Shown here piece by piece: positions 12,411 to 25,903 of a DNA stretch of 64,000 bases; positions within the stretch are counted from its first letter, which is position 1; each line of letters begins with the position of its first letter. Origin of the DNA: Felis catus (Eukaryota); the NCBI RefSeq assembly GCF_018350175.1, contig NC_058377.1:61070001-61134000 (forward strand), given 5' to 3'. The translations under genes and the position numbers were made by a program. The notes beneath the pieces are model-generated. The model was given only the letters and a program-made list of their open reading frames with translations, was not told where the DNA came from and searched no databases.

Positions 12411-14796
12411 GTTTTGAAATGTCACTGAGGAAACTGAAGAGATGTATGATCAGAATCTAACCCCTTCCTTCTGAAACTTCTACCATTTCCACTGGAACAT
12501 TTTAACTCTGTGTTCAGAAACCTGTCTTACCTCTGCACCATGAGGACCTCCATCACACACTGGGAATTAGAGTGGTGAATGCACTTCATCAATTCCTCCA
12601 AGTTTTACCAGAACAGGTGTTACCTTTTCACTCTTCATTTGCATTTCCCTAAAAAGATAGGCCTAGAAGAAAACTGAGGGGGGGCAGCTCTCTAAAGGAA
12701 AAGGTTTCATGGACACAAAAGGAAGTGAATGGGGAGAGTTGTGAGAATTTCTGAGGCCAGAGTGCTACCTTAGGCAGTTGTTAGAACCCAGAAATTGGAG
12801 AGGAGAAGGAAGATAATCACCTGTATTTTGGTACTTTGACACAGAGGGACAGTACTGTCACTTCATGGCAGCTCTCCAATTGCATTGGCAGATTGAATCA
12901 TTCCTGCCAAGGGAACCTGAGCACCAAAGTGTTAGATGAAGAGCAGAAAACATCCATATCAGACACTCAGCCCAGGACCCTACAACAAAGTGGAACAGAA
13001 GTGGAAATTCCTATGGGGAGAGTTGAAATCCTAGAACTTGGATCTAGGACTGTATACATGTTTCTGGTGATAACGCTTGAAAACAAGTGAGTGACAATAT
13101 CATCCCCCAAGGATTATGGATCCACTGGAATTCTCTAACAATATGTGAAAACAGACCATGAAAAAACAATCAGGTGTATAATCTGTCTTTCCTCACCTCA
13201 CCTCATCTCTCTAGTCTGGCATCCTCCCCAACACCTCTCTGGTCAAGTACATGATCTCTGGTCACCAAACCCAGACAAACCCTGCCCTCATAACACAACT
13301 TTCAGCAGTGTGTGAAATTGACCATTCTCTCATTTGAAAATGCTTGTCTTCATATACATTTTTTAAAAAACTACTCTTACATGCTTTGTCTCCTCCCACC
13401 TCACTACATGATCTCATTTCTTAATATTGGTTGGGTCCTTCTCTACTGCCTGATTTCTAAATATTGTCATGAGTACCCTAGGTCTTACTTCTGCTTTTAT
13501 TTCTCTTATATACTATACTCTTTTTAAAGATATTTTATTCAGTAATTGGCTTTAAAAACTGTATGAACACTAGAAACTCTACTGTACCTCTCGATCCCTT
13601 ATCTCTCTACTGATATCCACAGTGATATGTGAAACAGTGTACTAGATATCTCTGCCTATATGTCTAAAAGGTGCAGCAAAGATCAGATGGACAAGGAAGG
13701 ATTCTCCATAGCTGCCTTAATATTTCCATCTTGGAAAATGTAACTTTTGCTGTAAAGTTGGTAAAATGTTAAAACTAAGCATTTTCCTCAATTATTCAAA
13801 CCTTCCCACCCCATCCAATTCATCAACATGCCCTTTTGTTACAAAAGTTGTCAAAAGACATGTCCCTTTTGTCCAAAGTATTTTAATTATTCACTTCATC
13901 ACTGTCATGCTCTCTCTTCCACACTATTTTTCTTAGCCTTTTGACTTGAGACTTTTAGTGTCCATTGTCACCTGCTAAAAAATGGGAATCTTCTAGACTG
14001 ACCTAGCATTATATAGCACTATCCAAGACTTCAAATTATTGATACTTTATTTTTACACAATATATCTGGCATTAGAATAACAAAGCACAGAAAAAAAACA
14101 TAAAATAAAAACATCTAATAATAAAAAAAAAACAAGAAGAAACATAGGCGACTCAATAATACAGTTTTCAGTCAGGTTTTATAATAAGTATGATTAAATA
14201 TACTTGAGAAAATGAAAGACAAGATTGAAATACTCAAAAAGAAACTGGAGTATTTTTAAAGATTCAAATGGATATTCTATGACTAAAAGTAATACTAAAA
14301 CCCAAATTAAGAAATTAAGAGTCTTTACTTCAACACTGTTAGGATGCTTGTAAAATGGAGAGGTTGAGTAAATGCCCAAAGTTGTGGTGTTTTTAAGTAG
14401 TAACACCAAGATTTCAATATGTAATTAAGATACACACACACCACAAGAAAATAAAACACTATACAGGAAGTAGAACATAAACAAATATTTCTTAAATTTC
14501 AAAAATTTCTTAATGTTATTAAGAAATAAAAAGAACCTCTGTGGTAGGCATAAAATGGTCCCCCAAAGATATTCATATCCTAGTCCCCCAAAACTGTGGG
14601 TAGATTACCTTACAAAATAAAGATGAATTTAGACTGAAGATGGGCTTAAAGCTAATGATCAGACCTTAAATCAGAAACATTATTCTAGATTATCTAGAGG
14701 GGTTCAAGGTAATCACAATGGTCCTTAAAAGTGGAAGTGAAAAGGCAGCAGAAGAGTTAGTGTCTAAGGATATGATGTGAGAAACACTTGACTATC

Positions 14797-15137
14797 TGCT
14801 GTAAGCAATGTTTGTGCCTCCCTCCAAATTCAGATGTTGAAATCTAATCCCCAGTGTGATGGTATTTGAAGTCAAGAATTTTGAGAAGTTATTAGATCAT
14901 AAAGATGGAGCTTAATTATGGAATGGAATGGAATGGAATGGAATGGAATCAATGTCTTTTGAAAAGAGACCCCAAACGTGAGGACACAACAAGAAGATAA
15001 CCATCTGTGAATAGGAAACTTCTCACCACAGACTGAAACTTCTTGCACCTTGATCTTGGACTTCGGAGATTTATCTCCAAAATGGTAAATCCAGCCAATC
15101 TATGGTATTCTGTTATAGCAACCTGAATGGACTGACA
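14797..15137 (+). mobile_element. MLT1A0-type LTR nested in MLT1D
   Basis: aatgtttgtgcctcc..tgtgatggtatttg..tatggtattctgttatagca..gactgaca; degenerate 5-bp TSD ctatc/ccatc. Confidence 0.7.
14918..14949 (+). repeat. (ATGGA)6 pentanucleotide microsatellite
   Basis: atggaatggaatggaatggaatggaatggaat. Confidence 0.95.
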
Positions 15138-15273
15138 CCATCCATTGCCAGCCTTGAACACCGAAGAAGACAAACAATCAAGGAATGTGGGAAGCTTCTA
15201 GAAGCTAGAAAAGTGAAGAAAAAGGTTTCGCCTCTAAAGCTTCCAGAAAAGAATGCTACCCTGCTGACATCTT

Positions 15274-15485
15274 TTTTTTTTTTAAGTTTATTTATTTATT
15301 TTGGAAGAGACAGAAAGAGACTGAGTACAAATGGTGGAGGAGCAGAGAGAGAGGGGCACAGAGGATCTGAAGCAGGCTTTGTGCTGAGAGCAGACAGCCT
15401 GATGTGGGGCTCAAACTCACAATCTGTGAGACCTTGACTTGAGCCTTAGGCAGATGCTTAGCCGACTGAGCCACCCTGGCGCCCC
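15274..15485 (-). mobile_element. Can-SINE nested in MLT1D
   Basis: TSD ctgacatctt on both sides; reverse SINE head ccaccctggcgcccc. Confidence 0.92.
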
Positions 15486-15767
15486 TCCTGACATCTTGAT
15501 TTTAGTCCAGTGACATATGTTTTGAATTTCTAACTTATAAAATTGTATGCTAATAAATTTGTGTTGTTTTAAGCAAATAAATTTGTGATAATTTATTATA
15601 GGAGCAGTAGGAAACAAATACAACTTTCATAGAATTAATTCCTATATAGAATATTTGGGGAAAAAAGACACTTCAGTAGAGTTGATCTAATCAATATGGG
15701 TAAAACTCTGCACATAAGATTACTGAATATCATTTATGGCACATACACACACAAAAACTGTTACATA

Positions 15768-15987
15768 AGGGCACCTGGGTGGCTCAGTTGGTTGAGTGAC
15801 TGACTCTTGGTTTTGACTCAGGTCATCGCCTCACAGTTTGTGGATTCGAGTCCTGTGTAGGGCTCCGTGCTGGTGGCATGGAGTCTGCTTCGGATTCTCT
15901 CTCTCCCTCTCTCTTTCTGCCCCTCCCCTGCTCATGCACACTACTCTCTCTCTGTCTTTCAAAACAAATGAATAAACTTAAAAAAAA
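15768..15987 (+). mobile_element. Can-SINE (older subfamily)
   Basis: TSD ctgttacata; gactcttggttttgactcaggtc type head. Confidence 0.9.
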
Positions 15988-16559
15988 CCTGTTACATAAT
16001 AGATCATAAAGCAATTATTAAATTATCACTAATGAACAGATGTAAGAAAATGCAAAAAATTGGATATATTGGAAGATTAATGTAGAATTGCCAAAGACAT
16101 AGATGATGAATTTTAGAAGGAGGGAAATAATAAATGAAGAGGTAAACTATTTGAAAAAATGACTAACAATTTCAAAAATTAAAGAAACATAAAACTTCAG
16201 ATTTATGGGTCATATGGTATGTTGAACAGATTTTTTAAAAACTGCAATATTACGAATGAGAAGGCATAGGCACACATTTTTGTATCAGCAAATTAAAAAA
16301 AAGTTAACTATTGATTGAGCTGTTTTTTTTTCTATTTCCATGTTTTGCTATATAAAACAAAACAAAGAGCAAGGAATTGAGTTGATTTAAACATGGCTCC
16401 TTAATTGTAATAGTAACCATGAGCTCTCCTAACTGCTAGGCACTGTATGTGGATCTCCTTCGGTGTTTATCCTAATGGATCATGGCCCTCTGAGACTTAA
16501 GTGTGTGGAGGTCTGAGGGTTCTCAGTGTTGCCCACATCTTTGAGACCTGAATTCTGTG

Positions 16560-16957
16560 AAACTTGCATTTTCCTAGATGACACTGAACATGCTTCAGCT
16601 TCGGTGTCTTTGCATCTGCTGTTCCCTCAGCCGGCAATGCTTCACCCCAGACATTGCCCCACTTCCAATTCCACGTGGCTGGCTCCCTCATCCCCTAACC
16701 CTTACATAAACATCACGTTCTTGACAATGTTACTTAGAATGACTAAGCCTGACCATCAGCATCTCCCCCACTTCCCATCTTTATGTTTCAACACAGCTCA
16801 TATTGTCATCTATGTAATTATTCTGTTTCTTATCTTCCTGTTACTAGAGAAAAAGGTATTCTGTCTGTCCTGTTTACTGTATGGATAGTGCCTGAAATGG
16901 TACCTGACACATAGCAGATGGTCAGTGCATAGTTGTTGAATTCATCAGTGAATGAAC
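16560..16957 (+). mobile_element. L2 LINE 3' end
   Basis: ctttgcatctgctgttccctc...gtgcctga..cctgacacatagcag..ttgttgaat..gaatgaa. Confidence 0.7.
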
Positions 16958-17749
16958 CTTGAAATTGTGTATCCACCTGAATGTCCAAGATCAGTCCCCA
17001 TTACTCACGGAAAAGCCTTCTAGATGGAAGCTTGAATGCTCAACTCTACCTCCCCTTCCCTTCTCTATTTCTGTCTCCTCATCAGTAAAATGGGGTGATA
17101 ACTTCATATGATGTTAGGACTATAGGACACTAAAACTTGTTTGACAAATGTCCTCCTTTTACAGGTTTCAAAATCAAGATTGAGAGAATAAGCCAACTTG
17201 TACAGGTTTTAAATAAGTAGTCAGTGGGGACTGATAAAATGACTAGCTTCTGCCCTCCGGATTTTCATATCTGCTTTTCATTACTGACAGGGAACGTCCA
17301 CTGGAATGACATGATAGATTTCAGTTGTGATGCAAAACTGTATGCATTACTTCACTTCAGGGTCACGAAATTACGCTAAGTATTGAACCATTATGATTCA
17401 ATTTTAGTGTACTTCTTTACTTTTTAGCACTTCAGTTGTGATAAATATTGAGTCAATATGACAATTGCACAATAGTAAGAAGATATACCCAGATTTAATA
17501 CAATCATTAGCTTATGTATATTTGGGGCCTGTATGAGCCGTCTAAACTCCCTTTGAGGAGTTCAGAATTAATATCCTAAGACCAGTTCCAGGAACCCTGC
17601 TGGAAAAAATGTTTACAGAGTTTACAAGGCCAAGATAATAACAATTGTTGCCCTGGAAATATGCTAATCCTAAATTTGAGAGTCTGGGTCCAGAATCAGG
17701 ACATGGTCTATCGATGTCTCGTATATTCCACTAGGAAAGGAGTCAATAC

Positions 17750-17921
17750 AGATCTCAGAGCTTTGTAGCCCACATTATCCCCAAGGAGTTCCAAGACATG
17801 CTAAGTTCTCACTCTAGAGGCTGTGGCAACCTTATAAAAAATCCTCCCACCAAAGCAAATGGAGCTCAGAAGTATGCTAGGGGAGATTTGCTAACTTCTC
17901 CAGGACTCCTTGCTGGTAAGC
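17750..17921 (+). promoter_or_regulatory. Putative promoter and non-coding exon 1 of the OR52E1-like gene
   Basis: Homeodomain site cattat abutting O/E-like tccccaaggag (17773-17788), TATAAAA at 17833-17839, donor CTG|GTAAGC at 17916; acceptor atcccag at 20776-20777. Confidence 0.55.
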
Positions 17922-19214
17922 AATGCTTTAGAAGCATGGGTCCTCATCTGTGGCCAGCTGAGCACAAGGGAAAGAGGGATAGCTGATAGGATGGGGGAAC
18001 AGGAAAACCTCCCGACTGAAGGGAGGGGATAAGGGAACTGTCTGTAAGAATGTGCTGGCGTAATCTCTTATATGCATGTGAGCAACCTCTGCTTTCATTT
18101 CTAATACCTCCTACACCATCTCTGTGTGCAGCTTCTTTATCTCTTGACACCTCTGCCATTCTTTCTGTGCATAGAGCTCTTCACTGACCTGCAGCCTAAT
18201 GATTCACTAATGTACCAAGTTCTTTGTCTTCAATTTTTCTGTCTCATTCTCACTGTTATCTCTCCCTCAATCCTTTCTAGTCTAATTTAAAGGTTGGATA
18301 AATATCCCCATCCTGAGTCCATTTTTGACCCAGAGGGAGAACAATAATTGAATTTACCTTCGGCTATTCAGAAATTATCTCTCACAACTTACAACCTAGT
18401 AAAACACACCAAACCACTTGTTACTTTCTTCTAACTAAAGCCAGTACTGATCATTTTGGAATGGTTTGGCCTCCAAGTGTGTAATGCTAATGTCTGTGAA
18501 AATGTCTAAGGATATGGTAATCAGATATACTCTATTATAAAGGCTGGAAACCCTATCAAAATATTTATATGTGGATAAAGTGAAGATCAGGATTTAGCCT
18601 GCTGACCCCTGATGTATGGATTACCTGAAGGCCTGAGATATGTCAGAACCACTTCCACAAAAACTCTCTACTTTATCATATTCTTATCAACAGGTTAACC
18701 AGTAACTGTAACTACACTTTTTTGATGACCCATCTTGAGTCATGCAAACTTGGCAAGAATCCTGCTGTGTAGGCCTTTCAGCCTCATTTTAAGGGTGAAC
18801 AATCATGGACCCAATGAAGATAAGTAGTTTTGCCAAATTCACATGGCATGCAGACCCTGGCTTCAGTTCCTAGTGTCTGATTCTAAACAGTATGCCATTT
18901 CTCATACACTAAACTCTAAATTAGCTGAACCACAATCACAGAAGAGAGATCTGATTATAGGACTCTACTTCATCCTCTTCCCGAATCCCCTGGATTTTAA
19001 TGCCATTCCTTGCCTATAGTCATCCCTGTTCAAATTAGGGATGGTTTTCTATATAGTTCTTCTCTCTTTCTTGAAATCCCTCTTCTATTTTCTCAATCTA
19101 GTAATTTGCTTGCCTTTGACTAATTAACTGTCTCGTTCCTGTACCTGTGAGCAAACCGTTTCTAGGATTTCTTAAGTAATTTGTCCAAGACCCAAGCTGC
19201 AATGCACCCTTGCA

Positions 19215-19225
19215 ACACACACACA

Positions 19226-19256
<31 letters not shown>
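19215..19256 (+). repeat. (CA)n microsatellite
   Basis: Direct read. Confidence 0.95.
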
Positions 19257-19611
19257 TTCCATCCCCATAAGTACTGTTCTAATACAGTCAATCTGGCTAA
19301 TGTCACCTGTTCCTGCTTGGCACAGTACTTAGGAGTCTCACAGTACACTGAGCAGAGGAACAATGGAAAGGTCCAATTCTATCTATAAGGGAGTGGAGTA
19401 CATCGAAGGTGATCTATAACAATAATACATTTTACCTTAGACCTCTGAGTTCTTCCAAGCTTCTCATGTTAATAATAAGATAGCCTCCTGGCGGTATGGA
19501 TTACATCTACTTTCCTGATGATGGTAATTTCCTTAAATTAATAATTTTTATTTCTACTGAGCACTTCTAAGTTCAGACCTTCTCTCTGTGTGTGTAGATC
19601 AATTGATGTAT

Positions 19612-19656
19612 CATCTGTCTATCTGTCTATCTATCTATCATCTATCATCTATCTAT
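19612..19656 (+). repeat. (TCTA/TCTG)n tetranucleotide repeat
   Basis: Direct read. Confidence 0.85.
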
Positions 19657-20781
19657 AAAAGAGCAAGCAAGAGCTCCTAATCACAATGTACTTAAAATTA
19701 TTAAGGTGTATATATTGTGACAACTTATATAGTAAGAGAAATGATGAATGTAGTTTCAAAGAGTGGTTTATATAAATTAACTCACTTTACCTGATGATTA
19801 TGGATATTTTATAAACCTGAACATAAATGTTTATGTTTCCATGTATAAATCTGCATTTCTTTCTGGACAGGCATCAGCAGGAGGGCACGTAAAGGGCAAG
19901 GGTTTGCCTATAATCAGGACAGAAACGAAGAAGAATATGTATGTTCCATTCTCAGCAGACCCATCCAGATTACGAGGTTTATCCTAAAATGAAGTTCTGT
20001 GTGGCTTCATTTTGAAACCTCAAGGCACCTGATACTGCACCAGCAAGAAAGGAGAGATCAGAAGATGATTATGGCATGAAAAATGTTTGGGAGACTTAGT
20101 GAGAAGCCTACATAGATCCAAATTTGTCTTACAAAGTTCTGGTTTGCTACATTTACAGTTCCTTTGAAGAGTGCATTATATAAGTTCAGCTCAGAAATGT
20201 TGTACATGTGGAATCATAATGGCTGTCATTATGTTTATGTTATGTCCCTACCTTGTACATAATGTATGTAGTCATAAATCAAATAATTTTTCTATAAAGT
20301 AATGATAAATAAATTTAAGAAAAATGTTTTGTGCACCTAAGTATCAGGGGAACACCTTTATCTTAATAATTATTCTATTAATTTAAATGGTTGATTTGTA
20401 TAACTGTTTCAACCACTAAAACTTTAACTTTCATTAAAAAAGGAACCTTCTCTAATTCATTTTTTTTTCTAATTCATCTTTTGTAATCAGTCTTAGCACA
20501 GAGCTTGACACATATATACTAGATACTCAGTCAATTTTGGTTGAGTAAAAATATTTAATTCAATTGAATGGATATGATGAAGTACACTGAAATCAAGTGG
20601 CTTCATTTTACCATTCAATTTTGTATGCTTTTGAGTCTATGATGCAGTGATATGGGTAGATACAATAAATGTTTCACTGGTTTCTCCACTTTCTCTGTGC
20701 ACTAAGCAAGGATGAGACCTACTCAGTGAATGAGAGGTACTTGATTTATAATATATTTCACTATAAATTTATCCCAGAAAG

Positions 20782-21723
20782 ATGGCCTCACTTAATAACA
20801 CCCTATTTCATCCATATTCTTTCTTCCTTCTGGGGATCCCTGGGCTGGAACACATGCATATCTGGATGGGTATCCCTTTCTTTGCTGTGTACCTGATAGC
20901 TGTTCTTGGGAATATCAGCATCCTTTCTGTGATTGAGACTGAGAGCACCCTCCACCAGCCCATGTTCTACTTCCTGGCCATTCTGTCATCTATCGACCTG
21001 GGCCTGTCCACATCCACGATCCCCAAGATGCTTGGAATCTTCTGGTTCAGCCTGAGAGAAATCTCCTTTGAGGGATGTCTCATCCAGATGTTCTTCATCC
21101 ATCTATTCACTGGCATGGAGTCGGCTGTGCTCGTGGCCATGGCCTATGATCGCTATGTGGCCATCTGTAACCCTCTTCGGTACACACTGGTGCTGACAAA
21201 CAAGGTGGTATTCATCATTGCATTGATAATTCTACTGAGGCCTTTGTCTTTTGCCATACCCTTTGTTCCACTCATCCTACGGTTACCATTTTGTGGGCAC
21301 CAACTTATCCCTCACACTTATTGTGAGCACATGGGCATTGCCCGCCTGTCCTGTGCCAGCATCAGGGTCAACATCATCTATGGCTTATATGCCATCTCTA
21401 ACCTGGTGTTTGACATCATAGCCATTGTCATTTCTTATGCCCAGATCCTTCATGCTGTCTTTCGACTGCCTTCCCATGATGCTCGGCTCAAAGCGCTCAG
21501 CACCTGTGGCTCTCACGTGTGTGTCATGTTGGCTTTCTACACCCCTGCATTTTTTTCATTTATGACCCACAGGTTTGGCCGGAATATACCACGTTATATT
21601 CACATCCTTCTGGCTAATTTCTATGTAGTCATTCCACCGGCTCTCAACCCTGTAATCTATGGTGTCAGAACTAAACAGATTAGAGAACAGGTGCTGAAGG
21701 TATTTTCCAAGAAAAAAACATAA
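20782..21723 (+). CDS. OR52E1: Class I olfactory receptor, OR52E subfamily, probable OR52E1 ortholog (313 aa, intact)
   Basis: OR motifs [51 protein letters not shown]; NNT sequon; TLFHPYSF and [10 protein letters not shown] resemble recalled human OR52E1; position next to OR52E2. Confidence 0.88.
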   Translation: MASLNNTLFHPYSFFLLGIPGLEHMHIWMGIPFFAVYLIAVLGNISILSVIETESTLHQPMFYFLAILSSIDLGLSTSTIPKMLGIFWFSLREISFEGCLIQMFFIHLFTGMESAVLVAMAYDRYVAICNPLRYTLVLTNKVVFIIALIILLRPLSFAIPFVPLILRLPFCGHQLIPHTYCEHMGIARLSCASIRVNIIYGLYAISNLVFDIIAIVISYAQILHAVFRLPSHDARLKALSTCGSHVCVMLAFYTPAFFSFMTHRFGRNIPRYIHILLANFYVVIPPALNPVIYGVRTKQIREQVLKVFSKKKT

Positions 21724-22502
21724 CTCTTGTAAATAATCCATTTAAGAAGGGAGCAGCACTAATTCTCTATGTTCAGAACAGAAAGAGAACATTTGAAAGT
21801 TACACAGGCCTATCTTAGGGGAGTCCTGTCACCCTCCTTCTCAAACCCAGAAATGGAAAGTTAGGCCCATGTCTAACACATGAGTAAAAGTGTTTTATCA
21901 TTTTCCATTGTTTGGAAATCATTCAGATTCCTCATGTGGAAGAAAACGAACTCTTTGTTCTGTTTCCATTATGATCGAACATATTGCATTCCACACTTGG
22001 CATCATTTTAAAGCAAAACCAACCCTCCAAAAAGGAAATACCACACAAATAATAAAAACACCATAAATTCCTTCATATCCTAATTTAAACAAAAATAGTT
22101 CATCACTGTTACTAGTGCTGGTCCCCAAAATAATAGATGCTCAAACACTTCCCATATGGCTGGACTCCCTATCAAAAAGCATGGGTTACTCTTGCCTCTA
22201 CCATGTTAATGTCAGAAGATGTGAAATTGATCCTATGAATACCATAATCATGTAAGAAAACTGGCTATTTTCTACCAGGAATAGAATTGCAAAAAGTTGG
22301 TAGTCTTTTGGTTTTAAATTGTACCGTTTACTTGATGGATGAATACTTATAAAATCTGGCTTATTGATACTTCTTTTCAAACAACTCTTTTTCAAAAAGT
22401 ACTGTCTCTGTGTCTTTTGCCACTTCATGGAGGAGTTTCCCTCTTAAGGAAAGCAGGAGGTTTTAGTGATGTTCCAAGTACAGTATTAGCCAAGTGAGTA
22501 CG

Positions 22503-22505
22503 TGT

Positions 22506-22538
<33 letters not shown>
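22503..22538 (+). repeat. (GT)n microsatellite
   Basis: Direct read. Confidence 0.95.
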
Positions 22539-22542
<4 letters not shown>

Positions 22543-23059
22543 AAACATGGAACTCTTGTTCCATATGCTACTTCTCAGTGTTCTCTAGTTCTAGGTGATA
22601 TTATTGGCATTATTTGTGTGAAGGATTCAGAGAAATTATGTTTGCAAATCCTGGCCAATAAAACTAAATTTTTACCTATATTTTTATTGTGGGATTTCTC
22701 AACATTTTTAATTTGAAATTTGAATTTTGAAAATTCATTTTCAAATTCATTCATTTGAAATTTTAGGATGATATTGGCTTCAGAATGTTCCTTTGACCAA
22801 CCTATGACACTAATATTCTGTAGCATGCACTTTAGAAAAAAAAATCCTACTTATTTTTACTATAGTATAAAAAATGACATCATAAACTCTTAGTGGGAAT
22901 TTATATTAATTAGCATCACATCCTTGGGATCCCACCCAACTTGGGATTCTTTGAAACAGTCAGTTATGCTGTAAAATTATAGGCACAAGCAGCTTTTCCT
23001 GCAATCCTGTTGTGACACTGAGCTCATCCCCTATCTATTTATTCTGCTTATGAAATGGA

Positions 23060-23290
23060 TTTTAATGATATGGCCTCAATTATACCTTGAGTGATTTGGT
23101 CAGGGCTCATTCCATTTAGATGTTTTGGCTAATTTGTGGAGAATTGTATTTAACCTTTCAATGACTAAATTCACCAATGTAGTCACCTGGCCCTGGAGTT
23201 TTCTGTGTTAGAAGGTTGCTAACTCCGGATTCAACTTACTTGATAGGTAAACAACTATTCAAGTAATTCATTTCTTCATGTCTTTGCTTT
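23060..23290 (-). mobile_element. Old L1 ORF2 fragment
   Basis: aattcaccaatgtagtcacctggccctggagttttct...gattcaact resembles antisense L1 ORF2. Confidence 0.5.
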
Positions 23291-24146
23291 GAATGTCCTC
23301 AGTAAACGTATCACATTCCTCTAACTTTACCCTTGTTCAGGGTGTGGGCTGATGAATTAGGTTTGCCTGATGTCCAACCCACTATCAGTATTAGATCTTC
23401 CCTTTGTTGCTGTGCTACAAATCATGCCATTCTTCATGTCCTCTACATTCCCTCAGGAGCAGAGCACTGTTACTTATTACTCGAACCCTGCTTGTCTACT
23501 AGTGAGAGCTGGAAGATACAGCATGACCAACTGGGCTGCTATGTCCCTGGGTCTTGAAAGTAAAGCCTTCTCAGTCATCCTGCCCCTTCCCTAGAAGTGT
23601 CCTACAGTTTCTGGGGAACAGGCCTCATCCTAGGCTACAAAGTTTGTTTCTGCTCTTTTGTCTCAGCAGCAATGGGTCTCTGCTGTCCTCTTCCTCCAGG
23701 GTAAATGCTTTTGCTCCTTAGGGGAGAGAAACTGGATGAGGGGTCATTCTTACATTCAGGTGGCTGCTATTTGCCTTTTGCCTCCATCAGGTCCGTTCTA
23801 TGATGAAGGCCTTCTCTTGTCTCTAGTCCTGCACTCAGGCTTTCTAATGAGTACCTGGTCTAGGTCTAGGGAGAAAAAAACCAAAAAGGGTGTGAAGTCC
23901 CTTTTGTGTCATATACACAAGACTCCCAGACACTTTGTATTCTCACACAGGTTCATATTCAGCTGTGAATAATTTGGTTTAAAATTTTAACAGATTTTTT
24001 GTAGAATGGCTTGTATAGTATCTAGCACCTGGTGAGCACAGAATCATGTTCCATCTCTCTTTAGAGTTACCAATCTTTCCTTATATTTTGGGTTAGTTGC
24101 TCTGTGATTTCAACTTTCTGACAGGTCCAAGAAAATTATGAGTTTT

Positions 24147-24365
24147 TTAAATTATTTTTTAACGCTTATTTAATTTTGAGAAAGAGAGATAGAGGGCAAG
24201 CAGGGGAGGGACAGAGAAAGAGGGAGACACAGAATCTGAAGCAGGGTCCAGGCTCAGAGCTGTCAGCACAGAGCCAGATGCGGGGCTTGAACTCACAAAC
24301 CATGAGATCATGACCTGAACCAAAGTTGGACACTTAACCAACTGAGCCACCCACCCAGGAACCCC
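24147..24365 (-). mobile_element. Can-SINE
   Basis: TSD gaaaatt(a/g)tga(g/a)tttt; reverse SINE body. Confidence 0.92.
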
Positions 24366-25059
24366 GAAAATTGTGAATTTTTTGATTATCCAGCAATATT
24401 TTTCTTTGTCAAAAGGTTTTGAATTACATTCTGTCCAAGTTTTTATATTCTAGGTAAAGAGTATAAATCTTGGTAGGAATTTTAAATCATGTTGTATCCT
24501 CTGAGTAGAACAGCTATGTGTTGATTCTCTGCTTCCTACAACTGTGGCATGAACTGTGGATCACTGAATTATAAATATACAGAATGACTGAGGAAAATTA
24601 AATGGGATTTTACTTATGGGATACACCATAGACATTTTGAATCTAGTAGTTTTAGAGTGGGCCTAAGCAATATGTATTTTTAAGAGTCTTCAAGCCTAAA
24701 TTTTGAAAACTATCATTCTAGAAACTTGATACTTGGTTAATAAACAAATTGGTTGATTGTTAGATGAAGAAAATGGGATAAACTCTAGGAAGTGAAATGA
24801 CTGAAAGCAGAATTGGCTTTCAAAACTCAAACTGGACACCACTCTTAACACTCCCTCCCCTCACTCCCCACACCACACTCTACCTACCTAAGTTCCACAG
24901 GGAACTTAGTTTAGTTGCCTATCTGATTTTCCTGATGTCTTTATCTTCTGGAACTGTTTTTGACTTTCTAAACTCCATGGCCTTGGATGACTACTTATCT
25001 GTCTTCTACGTCTATCATCACACTTGTCACATTGCTATATCAGAGTGTAATGTGACTAA

Positions 25060-25315
25060 AAGCAGTGTAGTGGCTGAGAATGTAAACTTGGTGTCAGACT
25101 TCCTAGGTTCAAATCCTGTCTCCCTTTTTAACCATCTGTAACTATGAGAAAGCCAAATATTTCTCCATTTCTCCGTTTTCTTATATTGTGAAGTGAGGAT
25201 ATTAAGGCTACAAATCTTTTTTAGTTTGCACAAGAATTTAATGGATTAATATATGTAAAGAATTCAAGAGTGGTTATGAGAATGTACACACTATATAAGT
25301 GTTACATGTTATTAT
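25060..25315 (+). mobile_element. Near full-length MIR
   Basis: gcagtgtagtgg..gtcagact..ggttcaaatcc..aatatatgtaaag..tgttattat. Confidence 0.7.
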
Positions 25316-25680
25316 ACTAAAAGTAAGTGTTTGCATGTCTGAGTCAACTTTATCAGACTGCTGGAACAAAATGTTTCTAGCCTACTCTGGATGTTCATGT
25401 ATCGTAAAGTCCATCTTTTTTTTATTTTATATATACCCTTATTCACTATGTGCTAGGCAGAAGCTGTAGACTTGAAAATTTGGTGGGAGTAAACTCAATA
25501 AGTTTTATTAAGACCTCTCTCTCCATACCCTCCTACCTCCCAACACACACACTTCCTGGTAGTGAGACTTTCTAAGGCAGTTATATATTCTCTGGTGTTC
25601 CTCCATATAGTAAGTATTCCTGTTCTGATTCAGACTATATGCCTAACTCTGGGGTTTAGTTAGAATGTTCACTGGCTCTT

Positions 25681-25903
25681 TTTAAAAATTTTTAAAATGT
25701 TTTTATTTATTTATTTTCAGAGACAGAGACAGAGAATGTGAGCAGGGGAAGGGCAGAGAGAGAGGGAACGAAAGGATCTTAAGCAGGTTCCACACTGTCA
25801 GTGCAGACATCCATGCAAGGCTTGAACTCATGAACCTTGAGATCATGACCTGAGCCTAAACCAAGAGTCGTATGCTCAGCTAACTGAACCACCCAGGCAC
25901 TCC
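25681..25903 (-). mobile_element. Can-SINE
   Basis: 19-bp TSD agaatgttcactg(g/a)ctctt. Confidence 0.92.

Larger units (their letters stand above)
14540..15622 (+). mobile_element. MLT1D-type MaLR LTR hosting nested insertions
   Basis: Begins tgtggtaggc..tggtcccccaaagat; ends aataaatttgtgttgttttaagc..gcagtaggaaacaaataca. Confidence 0.75.

Noticed and set aside
14918-14949. Satellite III-like or heat-shock element
   Set aside because: Only six direct units inside an LTR, without the inverted nGAAn arrangement.
20425-20445. H/P/J-element 13-mer AACTTTTTAATGA
   Set aside because: Only a partial match (tcattaaaaaagg); no exact copy noticed by eye, so no known OR enhancer is claimed.
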